From NCBI RefSeq assembly GCF_009914755.1, contig NC_060925.1: a stretch of 64,000 bases of DNA. One strand, written 5' to 3'. How positions within the stretch are numbered: the stretch's first letter is position 1; each line of letters starts with the position of its first letter. Source of the DNA: the human T2T-CHM13v2.0 reference genome, Homo sapiens. A program made the position numbers and the translations under genes. Below the pieces are notes generated by a model, which was given only the letters and a program-made list of their open reading frames with translations, was not told the DNA's origin and ran no database searches. Below, piece after piece: positions 29,280-47,009 of the stretch.

Positions 29280-29398
29280 AGCTGATGGGTTAACCAGATA
29301 TGACACAGAAAACATTTCCTTCTGCTTTTTGGTTTTAAGCCTATATTTGAAGCCTTAGATCTCTCCAGCACAGTAAGCACCAGGAGTCCATGAAGAAG
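29280..29398 (+). promoter_or_regulatory. FCER1A: FCER1A proximal promoter and 5' UTR: GATA site (29296-29300), Ets/PU.1-type tttcct (29315-29320), TATA-like ctatattt (29341-29348)
   Basis: The motifs are seen in the sequence. GATA-1 and PU.1 control of this promoter is established knowledge. Confidence 0.8.
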
Positions 29399-34966
<5,568 letters not shown>

Positions 34967-35215
34967 TATAATTACTCAAGAAATATTTGCAACATTAGTT
35001 TTTTTCCAGCATCAGCAATTGCTACTCAATTGTCAAACACAGCTTGCAATATACATAGAAACGTCTGTGCTCAAGGATTTATAGAAATGCTTCATTAAAC
35101 TGAGTGAAACTGGTTAAGTGGCATGTAATAGTAAGTGCTCAATTAACATTGGTTGAATAAATGAGAGAATGAATAGATTCATTTATTAGCATTTGTAAAA
35201 GAGATGTTCAATTTC

Positions 35216-35221
35216 AATAAA
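35216..35221 (+). terminator. FCER1A: FCER1A polyadenylation signal AATAAA (overlapping second copy follows)
   Basis: aataaaataaa lies 250 nt after the stop codon, followed by a GT-rich gtttgtttgtttg downstream element at about 35273. Confidence 0.8.
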
Positions 35222-35780
35222 ATAAATATAAAACCATGTAACAGAATGCTTCTGAGTATTCAAGGCTTGCTAGTTTGTTTGTTTGTTTTCTACTAAAGGC
35301 AAGGACCATGAAGTTCTAGATTGGAAATGTCCTCTCTTGACTATTGCAAGTGCGATCTAGGAATGAAAAGACATAGGAGGATGCCAGTGAGGTGGATCAT
35401 TTTTATGCTTCTTCTTCAGCTTACTAAATATGAACTTTCAGTTCTTGGCAGAATCAGGGACAGTCTCAAGACATAGGACTCTCAGGATGAAGTACAGTCC
35501 AGGATTCCTCTGTGATTGTTTTGCCCCTCCCAAATTTATATCTTGAACTTATGTCTTGTATCTTTATACAGCACCTGAACCAAGCATTTTGGAGAAATTC
35601 CAGCTAATAATAATAACCAAAACCTTCGGCTCTGAAAACAGTCCAGGACTGAATAAGATCTTGGGCAAAAGAACTAGACAGTTTTGGTTTATTTTCCCTT
35701 TCATTTTATGTCTTCATCATAGTCATTGGAGGCTCATTCTTCTGTCATGGAGTAAATGGGATTAAGTTTTTACCTATGAT

Positions 35781-35915
35781 TTATTTTTTAATTTTTTGTA
35801 GAGATGAGGTCTTGCTATTTTGCCCAGGCTGATCTCAAACTCTTGGCCTCAAGCGATTCTCCCACCTCAGCCTCACAAAGTGTGGGATTATAGGTTTGAG
35901 CCACTGCGCCTGGCC
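35781..35915 (-). mobile_element. Free left Alu monomer (FLAM_C-like)
   Basis: Single monomer with a degenerate TSD aagtttttacctatgat / aagtttctgcctataat. Confidence 0.8.
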
Positions 35916-38586
35916 AAGTTTCTGCCTATAATAAAGCCATCCATTAGAAAGAGACTAAACCATACAGAAAAAGACATCAATTCAAATCCTGACTCTTCTA
36001 CTTTCTAGATTTGTGATCTGGAAAAATTTTCTTATACCTCCATGGGCTTTAGTATTTCATTTGTGAAAAAAAGAAAAGGATAATAGTCATCCTGTCTACC
36101 TCTTAGAGTTCTTCTGAGAATCAAATAAGAGGCTGTATTTGAAAGTTCTTTGTAAATTGTAAACATTTATACAAATTTAGGAACTTTTAGCACCTACATG
36201 AGATCCAGTCTTTGCCACCACTACCCTCTACCCCCATGATCCTGCCCATAAAAATATTTATACTCAGGGCTTAGAGAAAGCACTAGGGAAGATGGGCAAC
36301 ATATTGCTGGTGCTGGCTGTGGATTCATGGAAATCAGTGAAAGATCAGGATGCCTATAGCTTACCCGTGCCTTAGAACAATTAATAGTATGAGGAAGTGT
36401 GGCTGGGGAGAAAACTTTTAAATATCCATGGGACCCACAAGTCCCATTTTTTCCAAGGAATGTTTTTGGGTCACAAAGAACAGGGAAATTACTGAAACAT
36501 TTCTTTCCTCTTTTTTTAACTTTGGATAGGGATCTGGTATTACCTTTCTTCACACTCTCCTCCACTTAAAAAAAAATCATTTAAAAGAGGCAAGAAAAGG
36601 CCAGAATCCCAGTGAACACCCTTGTTACTTAGCTTCATGTAGTGAATAAGTCTGGCCAATGGAGAAAAGATTTCTCTTGGAGCAACAGGCCAGGCAAAGT
36701 TTCCCTAGGAGACTCCCTGGTGTTGCTTCAGGATGCTTCCTCTGCCACCTCCCCAAGGTCTATCTTATGTTTTAGCCTTGGGACCAGGCTTTCCACCACA
36801 TTAACCACACCTTTCTCCCCAGTGCTCTTCACAGCACATCAGCATTTCAGGCATCAGGCTAAACAGCAATTTACCCCTCTATTTCAGACAAGGGATTGAG
36901 GCCAGTGATTCAGAGTTCAAAACTGAGAGATTTGATATGGATAGAAAGTCCGGGCTTGATCAGCTTGAGATACATTTTCTGAGAAATTTTCTAGGTTCTT
37001 GAGTATCGCATTTCACTTTTATCTCCCCTTTACCCTCACTGCAAGATTGAGGGGACTACGGATAGAACACAGATCTGGATATTCAAGCTGCTAACTAGCT
37101 GTGATTGGGCCAAGTTACTTGCCAGCCTCTGAGATTCTATTGTTTCTTTGTTAAAACTGGGAGTCTGGTGGAGGTGATCTCTAAGGTCCCTTGGAGCCCA
37201 GATATTTTGTAATTTATTACTTTAAGTTCATATGCAGTAATTATCCAGGCACTAAGGCTCAGAATGCATTCCCCAAGAAGCTCCAGTGTAAAATTTTCCT
37301 TTATCCTCCACACATTGGTCTCTTCTTTCACTGTGCTCTTCCGTGTACAGTATCTAAATTCCACATTTGTGCCAGACCTGTCTGGGTTTCTGCCCATTTA
37401 TTTCTACCCATTTTCTTCTCGATAGTCATACATCTCTTGGTCCAGAGGGAATGTGGAACATAGGGTCAGGGCTTGAGTATTTTGTGGACCCCTAAAATAT
37501 GGCATTTATGAAGATGGCTTTACACATGAAACATTTTTTATTATGCCAGAGATGGAGTACATGTGTTATAAAGATGATTGGAATAGAAATAATTCACTCT
37601 AGATTCACCCTTCTCACCCCCTTTATCACCTCCTGTCTCTTACCAAATTGCTCAAGGCCAGTTCATAGAGAAAAATTTGCTCTCCCATGAATTGCTGTTC
37701 CAAATTGGCAGACAAAAAATCTTTATGAATTCACAATAGTTAGGGGCTGATTTCTGAAAAGCAAGTCAGTAGCTCCCCACTGGTGGCCAATGGAAGACAT
37801 ACTCCTGTGACCACCTTCAGAGTGGAGACTCAGACAAATGGTGCACTTTGTCAGTATGTTGAGGAGTTGAGTACTTGAAGAAAGACTCTGATCTTTCCCT
37901 CTTCTCATTAAATGGGAAATGGTGACAACCTGGAGATGGAAGTTTTATGCTGAGGATGGCAGAGGCACCTGCCAGCCTAGGACTCTAGATAATCTTAGAG
38001 AGTCGGGCTGTCTTCCTGCCATAGCTGATCTGCCCAGCTCTGGACAGCTACTTATCAAGTCCAAGTCTCTTTCTGGAACTTCATCAATCGCTACAACATT
38101 CCCACCACAAACCGTTTACTCTATCAATGTGCTCACCACAACAATTCACTTATATATTTCACTTATGACAATGACACTCTTCCCCTTCTTGAAAATTAAA
38201 TGACATAAGTCCACTTTCAGTCTTTCCTGTTATTTCCAATTTTCAAATATCATTGACAATGGTCAGCAATCTCTCTGCAAGGTAGTAGCATCAGGCTGCG
38301 ATGAAATGGAAACTGCTCACAGATAATTTTTTGAAAAGAAAAGAATGACTTCCTATGGATTCTGAGAAAAGTTCAGATTTTAATTTTTTAACCAATTTCC
38401 AAGAAGATAATACTGCACTGCTGCCAACCAAATTGAATCATAGTAAATATGGTTGAATAAATAGAAAAAAATTATTTTAAATTAAAATATAAGAGCCACT
38501 GATTTGCATTTAGTAGAATATATCAGGGCTGAAAGTTTGATTTCTCCACTTATGTTAATGGCTACTTTAGAAATGAGATCCTAAAA

Positions 38587-38990
38587 TGTTGCAGGTTGAG
38601 GTCCCCAGAAAACAGACACTGAGACAGAGATTTGAACAAAGCAAGTTTATTAGCTCTCAGCATGTACACTTGTGAAGAAGTGAAGAAAGCAATATTGGGC
38701 AAAAACAAATAAGTTGAAATGTGAGGTAGTCAAGCTCCTTCTGGAGCTGGGAGAGCCCTTCCTACTTATCTTAAGGTGAAGCAATACCCTAAATAGTCAA
38801 ACCACTGGAGGTAGTATATCCCTGGGAAGGGAGCATGATCTTGGAAGAAGCAACTATTTAACAAGAACAATTCTTGAAGAGGAACTCAACTGAGAGCCAT
38901 TAGCCCAAGGCACTCCCAGCAGCTGGAGGAATGCTTGTGTGGGTCCTGAAGGAATGCAATCCAGGTGATGTGCTGCAGCATTCACCAAAT
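38587..38990 (-). mobile_element. Old ERVL-class solo LTR (LTR33/LTR40-like)
   Basis: tgttgcaggttgaggtccccagaaaacagacactgagacagagatttg...aagtttatt resembles the reverse of ERVL LTR 3' ends. Confidence 0.55.
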
Positions 38991-40132
38991 ACAACTTCAG
39001 ATAGAAGACAGTGTGACATTGGCCAGCAGAACTTTACCTGATGGCTTCTAATTAGATTAAGCAGAACTACTAAGCAAAATCTAATTGTCTCTTGACCAAC
39101 CTCACAGAAACAAACTATATCATTTCTAGAAATCTGGACACTAAAACAAAGATCTCTTTTATCTCCAGTCAGACTTCACATGACAATTTTTGTCAAAGAA
39201 AGACAGGTTAACTTGACTTAAATAATTTATTTCCAATGAATTGTCCCATTTTCAGCATCCAGCAGACTTTACCACACTATCAGAAGTGATTTCTTGCCTC
39301 TACAGGTTCACCCCATTGGATTGGATGGATTCTGGATACTGTAGGACTGTATTTGAAACTCAGGGTATGCTTATTCCTCAGTATAGAAGGCCAGAGTGCA
39401 GTGGAAAGATGAGAGAGAGAACATCCTTCCTTGCACCAGAACACATATTTTCACCTTCTGTGATGCTCGGGCATAAAATGCTGTTTATAAATCAGGTTTA
39501 AAGTTGGAAGTATAGAAGAAGAAACTTCTGAAAATTCACCCCTGCAGGCTTAGGAGCTCACTGGAAAATTTTTAAGTCATGCATCAGATTTCTGTTCATT
39601 AATAATTCTTTTCAGAAGTTGTAGTTAAAGTGCTTATGTTTATAACACTATTTCAGAGAGTTTTATGTCAACCTGGCAAAAGGAACTATTCTTTTACTGA
39701 TCCTTTCAACCTCCATCCTTTTTACTCTTGTGTTGAATGTATGAAAAGTGTTAGCCTTTTCAGCATGTTCGTCTTTTCAATCTGAGTTTTCTGATCCAGG
39801 CATCTCAGGAATATGGACAGTTCACGTCTGTGTTCTCTGTAGCTGATGCTGCTTTGCTCTTTCCCACATCTGCACTCTTTACTCCTAGGTCAGTTAGAGC
39901 AGTTCCATCAACTTGGAAGGTCTGCCTCTAGCTTTTTTTTTTTTTTTTTTTACAAGAAAGCCTGCAACATCCACAGAAATGCATATGTGTGTGTGTATCT
40001 TCTAACTTATTTGCTTAAAATGTGGCACAAATTATTCTGACACCCTTAACAGTCAACTAGAAAATCTTTCTGGGATGGTTTCCAAACATTTTGCTCATTA
40101 GCTTTTTAGAACCCTGCTGGACTTTATGTTTC

Positions 40133-40432
40133 TTTTTTTTTTTTTTTTTTTTTGAGACCCAGTCTAGCTCTGCCACCCAGGCTGGAGTGCAGTGGCGCAA
40201 TCTCGGCTCACTGCAACCTCCGCCTCCCAGGTTACGAGATTCTCCTGCCTCAGCCTCCTGAGTAGCTACAATTAAAGGCATGTGCCACCATGCCCAGCTA
40301 ATTTTTGCATTTTTAGTAGAGATGGAGTTTCACCACGTTGGTCAAGCTTATCTCGAACTCTTGACCTCATGATCTGCCCACTTCAGCCTCCCAAAGTGCT
40401 GGGATTACAGACGTGAGCCACTGCACCTGGCC
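40133..40432 (-). mobile_element. Alu (AluS-type)
   Basis: Poly-T run followed by the full dimer. TSD gactttatgttt at 40120-40131 and 40434-40445. Confidence 0.95.
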
Positions 40433-40700
40433 AGACTTTATGTTTTAATGGAGTTGTATAACTGAAAATATTCTCAAGGTATGTGTAACTGTGTGCATGT
40501 GTATGTGAGTGCATAATCCAGGCATGCATTTTTTTCCTACATTCATAAGTGTATGCTAAGCTATTTTCTAACTGTTCTGGAGCAGGGCGTAGAAGATCAC
40601 AACAACCTCAAACAGAAACCTCCAGTTTTAGCACTCAGTTCAATTTAGTCTAGTCTTCTTGATCCCATACATAAGGGCATTATTGAAAGAGCATTAAAAA

Positions 40701-41690
40701 TTAGTACATATTTATAAACGCAAAGGAAAAGCCTTCACAACCTCTCTTCATTAAGGAGACAGAGTTTTTTGCCCCACGGCTCTGTGCAGAGCATCTTTGA
40801 CCTCCTTGTTCTTCAGGCTGTACACAACAGGGTTCAGTAGGGGAGTGATGAGTGTAGGTCACTGAGATGAGTCTGTCCTGTCCCAGGGAACTCTGGGACT
40901 TAGGCTTCAGGTAGATGATGGAGGCACAGCCATAGTGGATGATGACCACTGTGAGGTGGGAGGCGCAGGTGGCAAAGGCCTTCTTCTGACCTTCAGCTGA
41001 GGCAATCTTAAGAATGGTGGAGATGATGAGGACATAGGAGATAAAGACCAGGCCCATAGGTAGAACAAGGACACAGACGCTGACAACAAAGTTGATTATC
41101 TCATTGACAGTGGTGTCTGTGCAGGCCAGCTTCAGCAGGTGTCTCACATCACAGAAGAAGTGGGAGATGACAAAGGCATCACAGAATGGCAGGCCAAACA
41201 CAGATGTTACTTGGACAATGGCCATGCCAAGGCCAATCCCCAGTGATCCAGAGGCCAGTTGGATACAGGCCCTCTTACCCATGATGACTGAATACCTTAG
41301 GGGGTTGCAGATGGCCACATAGCGGTCATATCCCATGACTGTGAGCAGGAAGCAGTTGTTGATGCCAAAGGTGAGATAGAAGAAGAGCTGAGTGGCACAG
41401 CTTTGGGTGGCAATGGGCTGATGAGGATTCAAGAGACCAGAAAGCATATGGGGAATGATGGCCACAGTGTAGCAGGTCTCAGAGATGGATAGCATGCACA
41501 GGAAGAAGTACATGGGGGTGTGAAGATGATGGTCCAGGCGAATAATGGTCATGATAATCACATTGCCAGAGAGAGTCAGCAGGTACAAAGTTAGGAAGAC
41601 AACAAAGAAGACAAGTTTGTGCTGCCGCCTGAAGCTGGAGAAACCTTCAAAGAGGAACTCAGTCACAAAAGTGGAATTTAGCTTTGGCAT
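40701..41690 (-). CDS. OR10J3: Olfactory receptor 10J3, 329-aa ORF with frameshifted TM7 and C-terminus (probable pseudogene allele)
   Basis: ATG at 41690 (MPKLNSTFVTEF). OR motifs are intact through TM6, then the frame is lost after ISVTYT. An upstream acceptor tttctttcctctgcccag| lies at 41716/41715. Confidence 0.9.
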   Translation of the reverse strand: MPKLNSTFVTEFLFEGFSSFRRQHKLVFFVVFLTLYLLTLSGNVIIMTIIRLDHHLHTPMYFFLCMLSISETCYTVAIIPHMLSGLLNPHQPIATQSCATQLFFYLTFGINNCFLLTVMGYDRYVAICNPLRYSVIMGKRACIQLASGSLGIGLGMAIVQVTSVFGLPFCDAFVISHFFCDVRHLLKLACTDTTVNEIINFVVSVCVLVLPMGLVFISYVLIISTILKIASAEGQKKAFATCASHLTVVIIHYGCASIIYLKPKSQSSLGQDRLISVTYTHHSPTEPCCVQPEEQGGQRCSAQSRGAKNSVSLMKRGCEGFSFAFINMY

Positions 41691-41969
41691 CAAGGTAGGT
41701 CTAGGTTTGAAAGAGCTGGGCAGAGGAAAGAAACATATGATGAGTTAATCATGAAACAGAGTAGGCTGGACCAAGGCTTTCAGTAAAAAGCATGTCCATC
41801 CTCTGAGCAATGCCCTAGACCTGTTGTCTACTTGCTCAGAATAATCACCTGTCCCCACCCTCTTCTTTGGAAGCATAGAAGGCTACCCTGGGACCCTGGG
41901 ATTGAGAGCAGAGATAGTGATCAGAAGGTGGTAACAAACTGAAAGAGATCTGTAGAAACAACTCCCTGG

Positions 41970-42967
41970 TTCCTTTTTTTAAAAATTATTATTATATACC
42001 TAGAGGTATATGATCCAGAGGTGTGCTTGCTGGATCATATGGAGGTCAGAGGAATATCCATACTGTTTTCCACAGTGGCTACATCATTTTACATTCCCAC
42101 CCACAGTGCACAAGGGTTCCAATTTCTCAACATCCTCTCCAACACTTGTTATCTTTTGATTATAGATTAAAAATAAATAAATACTAGCCACCCTAACTGT
42201 TATGAGGTGATATCACATTGTGGTTATGATTTGCATTTCCCTGATGATTAGTGACACTGACCATATTTTCATATATCTGAATTAAAATCAAAATCTAGAA
42301 GAGATGTTTGCATTCCCATGTTCATTACAGCACCATTCACAATAGCCAAATTGTGGAAACAACCCAGGTGTCCACTGGTAGATGAATGAATAAAGAAAAT
42401 GTGGTATTTACATAGAATGTAATGTTATTAAGCCTTAAAAAAAAAAAAGGAAATCCTGCCCTTTGCAACAACAGGGATGAGCCTGGAGAACATTATTCTA
42501 AATGGTATAAGCCAGTCACAGGAGGACAAATACTGCATGATTCCACTTATATGAGGTATTTAAAATAGTCAAAGTCATAGAAGCAGGAAATAGAATGGTG
42601 ATTACTGGGGAACAAGAAAGGGGAAGTGGGGAGTTGTTGTTCAATTCATGTAAAGTTTCAATTATGCAAGATAATTAGTTCTAGAGAGCTGCTGTACAGC
42701 ATAATTCTTGTAGTAAACAATATTGTAATATGCACTTAAAATTTTTTAAGATGGTATATCTCATATTAAGTGCCTTACCACAAAACAAAACAAAAAGCAA
42801 AGGGACACAAAGAAATGTTTAAAGGTGATAGATATGTTTGTTACCTTAATTATGATGATGGTTTCACAGATGTATGTATATGGCCAAACTCATTAAATTG
42901 TACACATTAAATATATGTAGTGTATTATATATCCATTGTACTTCAATAAAGCTGTTTAAAGAAAGAA
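41970..42967 (+). mobile_element. Ancient L1M (L1MA/MB-type) 3' end with inverted 5' segment
   Basis: A - strand L1 segment at about 41990-42279 is followed by a + strand 3' end to aataaagctg. TSD agaaacaact(c/a)cctgg at 41954-41969 and 42968-42983. Confidence 0.8.
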
Positions 42968-45114
42968 AGAAACAACTACCTGGCCATTGAAGGAGTGGGC
43001 CTAGGTCAAGGAAGAAGCAGGTGATTCATCAAATGTGCCCAGCTCTACAGTTCCTTCTCAATACACTCCTGAATTACTTCTCAAGGATCCAGTGAGGAAT
43101 AGTGAAGAATAGAAGATGTGAGACTGATTGATATCCTTTTCACACTGTCATCAGTTTCCAATGCCAAATGCCCTGTGAGAGTCCTGAGAATGCTTCTCCT
43201 CCCCAGAACCCTAGGTCCTGGTCTTCACTTATCTAAGCCCTGCATCTACAATACTCAGTGACCATCAAAGAGTAGAAAAGGGAACACTTCTACTGATGAC
43301 TTTTTCTAGAAACCTTGTAATAAATATCACCTAGGATCATAAAAAATGGTTTGATATGGCATTGCAATATTTAGATTGTCTCCTTGAATTTTAATCAAAG
43401 GTAGAAAAGACAGCAAAATGAATCTGAGGGTGACTCTTTAAGTAAGGAATAGGTTTTTCTAGTATGAGAGCAAAGATAATATTCACTTAATCAGAGAACG
43501 ATGAATCGTCCTGTTTTTTTTTTACTTCACTTATGCATATTCCAAGTTATGTTGGGGATACAAATAAGCTGATCCACCTTCCTTTTATCTTACCTCAAGT
43601 AGACCCAGCATGAGAGGTTGTACTTGCGCAGATTAACCTCGCTCCTTATACCCACATCTACTCCTGATAATACTCACCATGTTTAACCATCATCTCCATT
43701 CAGAAAGCTGAGGACTGTCCTAATCACCACCCTTCCCTTTTCCACACAAAGACAGTGCCTCCTGAAATTCTCTCTTCCTGTCCCCTCCACTTCATGCTTT
43801 CTACCAACGCCCAACTACTGACTGCCATTACCATCCTCTGTGATCACCACAAGGCCTCCTAACTAATCTGTCTCCTTTTGGTTGATCTTAGTCTAAGTCT
43901 TCCTCCTGGATGTTGCCATTACACTTTTTTCAAAAACCTGTTCATGGAGCTGTCCTGCGTAAATTCCTCAATAGCTCCTCGGAATCTTAACCATAATATT
44001 TAACTCATTTGTAAGTTGAATATGTTAGTATTTCATAGAGTTGCCATGAAAATTAAATGGCTTACTTGTTTGAAGAGTTTGAAGTAGCATTTGACAAATA
44101 GGAAACCCTCAGTAGATACTAGTGTTATTAGAAGTTACAGTTATTTCTTTTTCATTTTCCCCAAATTAGCAAGTTTAAATTTCTAAGAAGATCAGGGGCA
44201 GGGGTGGAGGGGCTTCAATCTAATATTTCTGGATTTGTAAACAAGTATGTGATTATCTTAACCTTAACTTTGTAAGTATTATAATTTCCCTTCCAGTTGC
44301 TCAAACGGAATTTTTTATGCTCTTTCAAAATCTTTCTTGAAGTGCATTGACCAAATCCATGCACTGCTGCATGTATTATACTAACACAGGTGTGGATTAA
44401 GTTGAATATAATTTTCAGTTCTGCCTCTAATCCTCTAATCCCTTTCCTGAAGATGCTCAATATTTTACTTCTCCCTCCGGTCATAGTAGCTCATCCAACT
44501 AATATATCTAGAAACAATCTGCAGTGACATCTAGATCCCTTGCCTCGGTTATAATTGAATTGATAGCGTGGAGCCCATCATTGTAAAAATCACAGTTTCC
44601 TTTACACTTGAATACATTAAAATTAATTCACATTATTTTCATAATGTAATTGTATTTTATTAACCAGAAGATCTTATTCAGGTCTGTGGCCTCGAATATT
44701 TGCCTCCCTCTCTTCCAGATAATTATTTAAACTGCTAACACTCCCCCAAAAATGCTATCCCAGCTCCATCTAAGAGAATAATCACTAAAGGGATGCAGAG
44801 TGGAATGCGGAAATTTAAAATGTAGGCAAGGATAGGATTACTCATCTAAAGTCTAGGAAATGTAGGTGAGGAGGAAAAACGAGAGATAAAAAAGTAGAGA
44901 GGGTACAGATAGACAGAAACCTCAAAATTCAGGTAATGTCTTTGACTTTGGAGTTTGTATTGCCTTTCCTTGCTTTCAAATAAATTACAAAAATGAGAAA
45001 CAGGCCTTTTCCTGGCCCAATCCTAGATGAGTGTACTGTTTACAATTTTTCCCTGGAGAAGAAAACTTACTTATCCTCTTGTTTCCTGAATTTTTAAAAA
45101 TCTCCTGTGCATTT

Positions 45115-45600
45115 TCATTCTATGCATGTACCCAAACATCACATGTACCCTGTAAATATGTACAACTATTATGTATAATTTTTTAAAACGAAATAAGCCA
45201 GGCACAGAAATAAAAGTATCATATGTTCTCACTTATATATGAGAGTTTAAAAAGTTGATCTCATGGAGGTAGAGAGGAGAATGGTGGTTACTAGAGGCTG
45301 GAAATGGTGAGGTTGTGGATGAAGAGAGGTTGGTTAAAAGGTACAAACATAGTTACAAGGAATCCATTCTGGTGCTTGATAGTATGGGAGGTAACTAGAA
45401 TTTATTTTATATTTCAAAATTTCTAAAAAAGAAGATTTGAAGTGCTCCCAACACAAAGTAATAATAAATGTTTGAGGTGATGGATATTCTAATTACTTCG
45501 ATTTTATCATTACACATTGTATTAATATATCAAAAAATCACATGCACCACACAAATATGCAGAATTATATATTAATAAAGCAAACTTTGAAGTCTAAAAC
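45115..45600 (+). mobile_element. L1MA-type 3' end fragments
   Basis: gaaataagccaggcacagaaa...aaatgtttgaggtgatggatattctaattac are L1MA 3' UTR motifs. Confidence 0.75.
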
Positions 45601-47009
45601 AAAAAGTCTCCTGTACATTTCAATTTGCTTAAACTAAAATCGTGCTTGATTTTACCGAGCAAAACAACTTCTTCAAGAGTTCAATGTGTTGGGAAGTCAC
45701 AAAGTATAACTACTATGCTAGTGCTAGGAAAATAAAGATGACCCAATTGGTCTTTTTTTCTCATGGAGCTTAGATTCTTGGACAGCCTTTGGTATAGGAT
45801 CCAATTACAGCCTTCCAAGTACTTTATGGCCCTCTTCTCTAGTCTATTCGTCTACGTTTCCAACATCTTAGAAATCACATTCTTTCTTATTAGAGCCCGT
45901 GTTCCCCCTTCTTCCATAGACTATCACTGGCTATGCAATAACAGTATACACTATCATAAACACTCCCCATCCCAGCCGTTAAGCTTCCTTAAAGGTGAGG
46001 TTAACGTTAAGCTTCCTTCAGAGTTTCACTTCTGAAACTCACCACATAGCCTGTTTCTTGAGTCTTCTAGAGAGTTGTGCTTATACCTGAATTATATCCT
46101 CCACTCTGGAAATTTGACTGCCTGCAATCATAGACTATGGATTTTTTTTTATTACTGATAGTTATACAATGTTTCCCAGATTTTTGTCAATGCCTTTTTT
46201 AAGATTATTTAAAACACATCGGTTATTTAACTAACAATCACTTTATGGAACTATGCTATTTTACTGAAGAGTCTATGAATTTCCTTAAGAGAGGGTCACT
46301 AATGTCATACTGAGCAGAGCTATAGTTTCTCCCCCTTTGCTGGCTAATCTTTAAATAACGCCAAGAATGTGATAACTAAAGGAACTATTTAGAGAGGAAG
46401 GAAATAATGCCTATCTCAGTCTTCCTGTGTCCGACACCAGAAGTGAAGTCACACTAAGTTCCCCTAGATTCTCACAAGCCCATCCACTGGAAGGATTTCA
46501 TCTTTGGGTCACAAAGCATTAACTTTGGCTTAGGTGTTTTTTAATAAGATAAAAATTGTCTGTCCCCAGTGTTAGATGTCTCCATCTCCAAAACAACACT
46601 TACTACTCCCAAGTGATAATGGCAGAAGACACAATCCAAACAGCAGAGCATCTGGAGACCTCATTACTAAGGCAGCACATTTTCTAATCCTGAAAATAAC
46701 ACTTTGGAGAACAGAGTTGGCTTGGCTATTAGGGACAATCTCTGGGATGAAAAGGCTTATTTCCCTTATTAGCATGGGTAATAGTCCTGCTGAAATCCAT
46801 GTCAGATTTTCTGTCCATTTCTTTGGAGGCCTTATGGAGTAACCCTTCACACATGAGAGAATAGAAGCGACAATTATCAAGCAGGGTTTATGCATGGAGC
46901 CCTCATACAGAGGGCTGACCTTCAGATACTCTGACACTTGAAGCAGTTTAAAGTCTCTTGAAAGAATCATCAGCACTGTTCCTGAATTCTATTGTCTGAG
47001 CTTTCATAC

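Noticed and set aside
46572-46976. 134-aa minus-strand ORF
   Set aside because: It has a non-ATG start, no motif and no supporting splice structure. Its length is compatible with chance.
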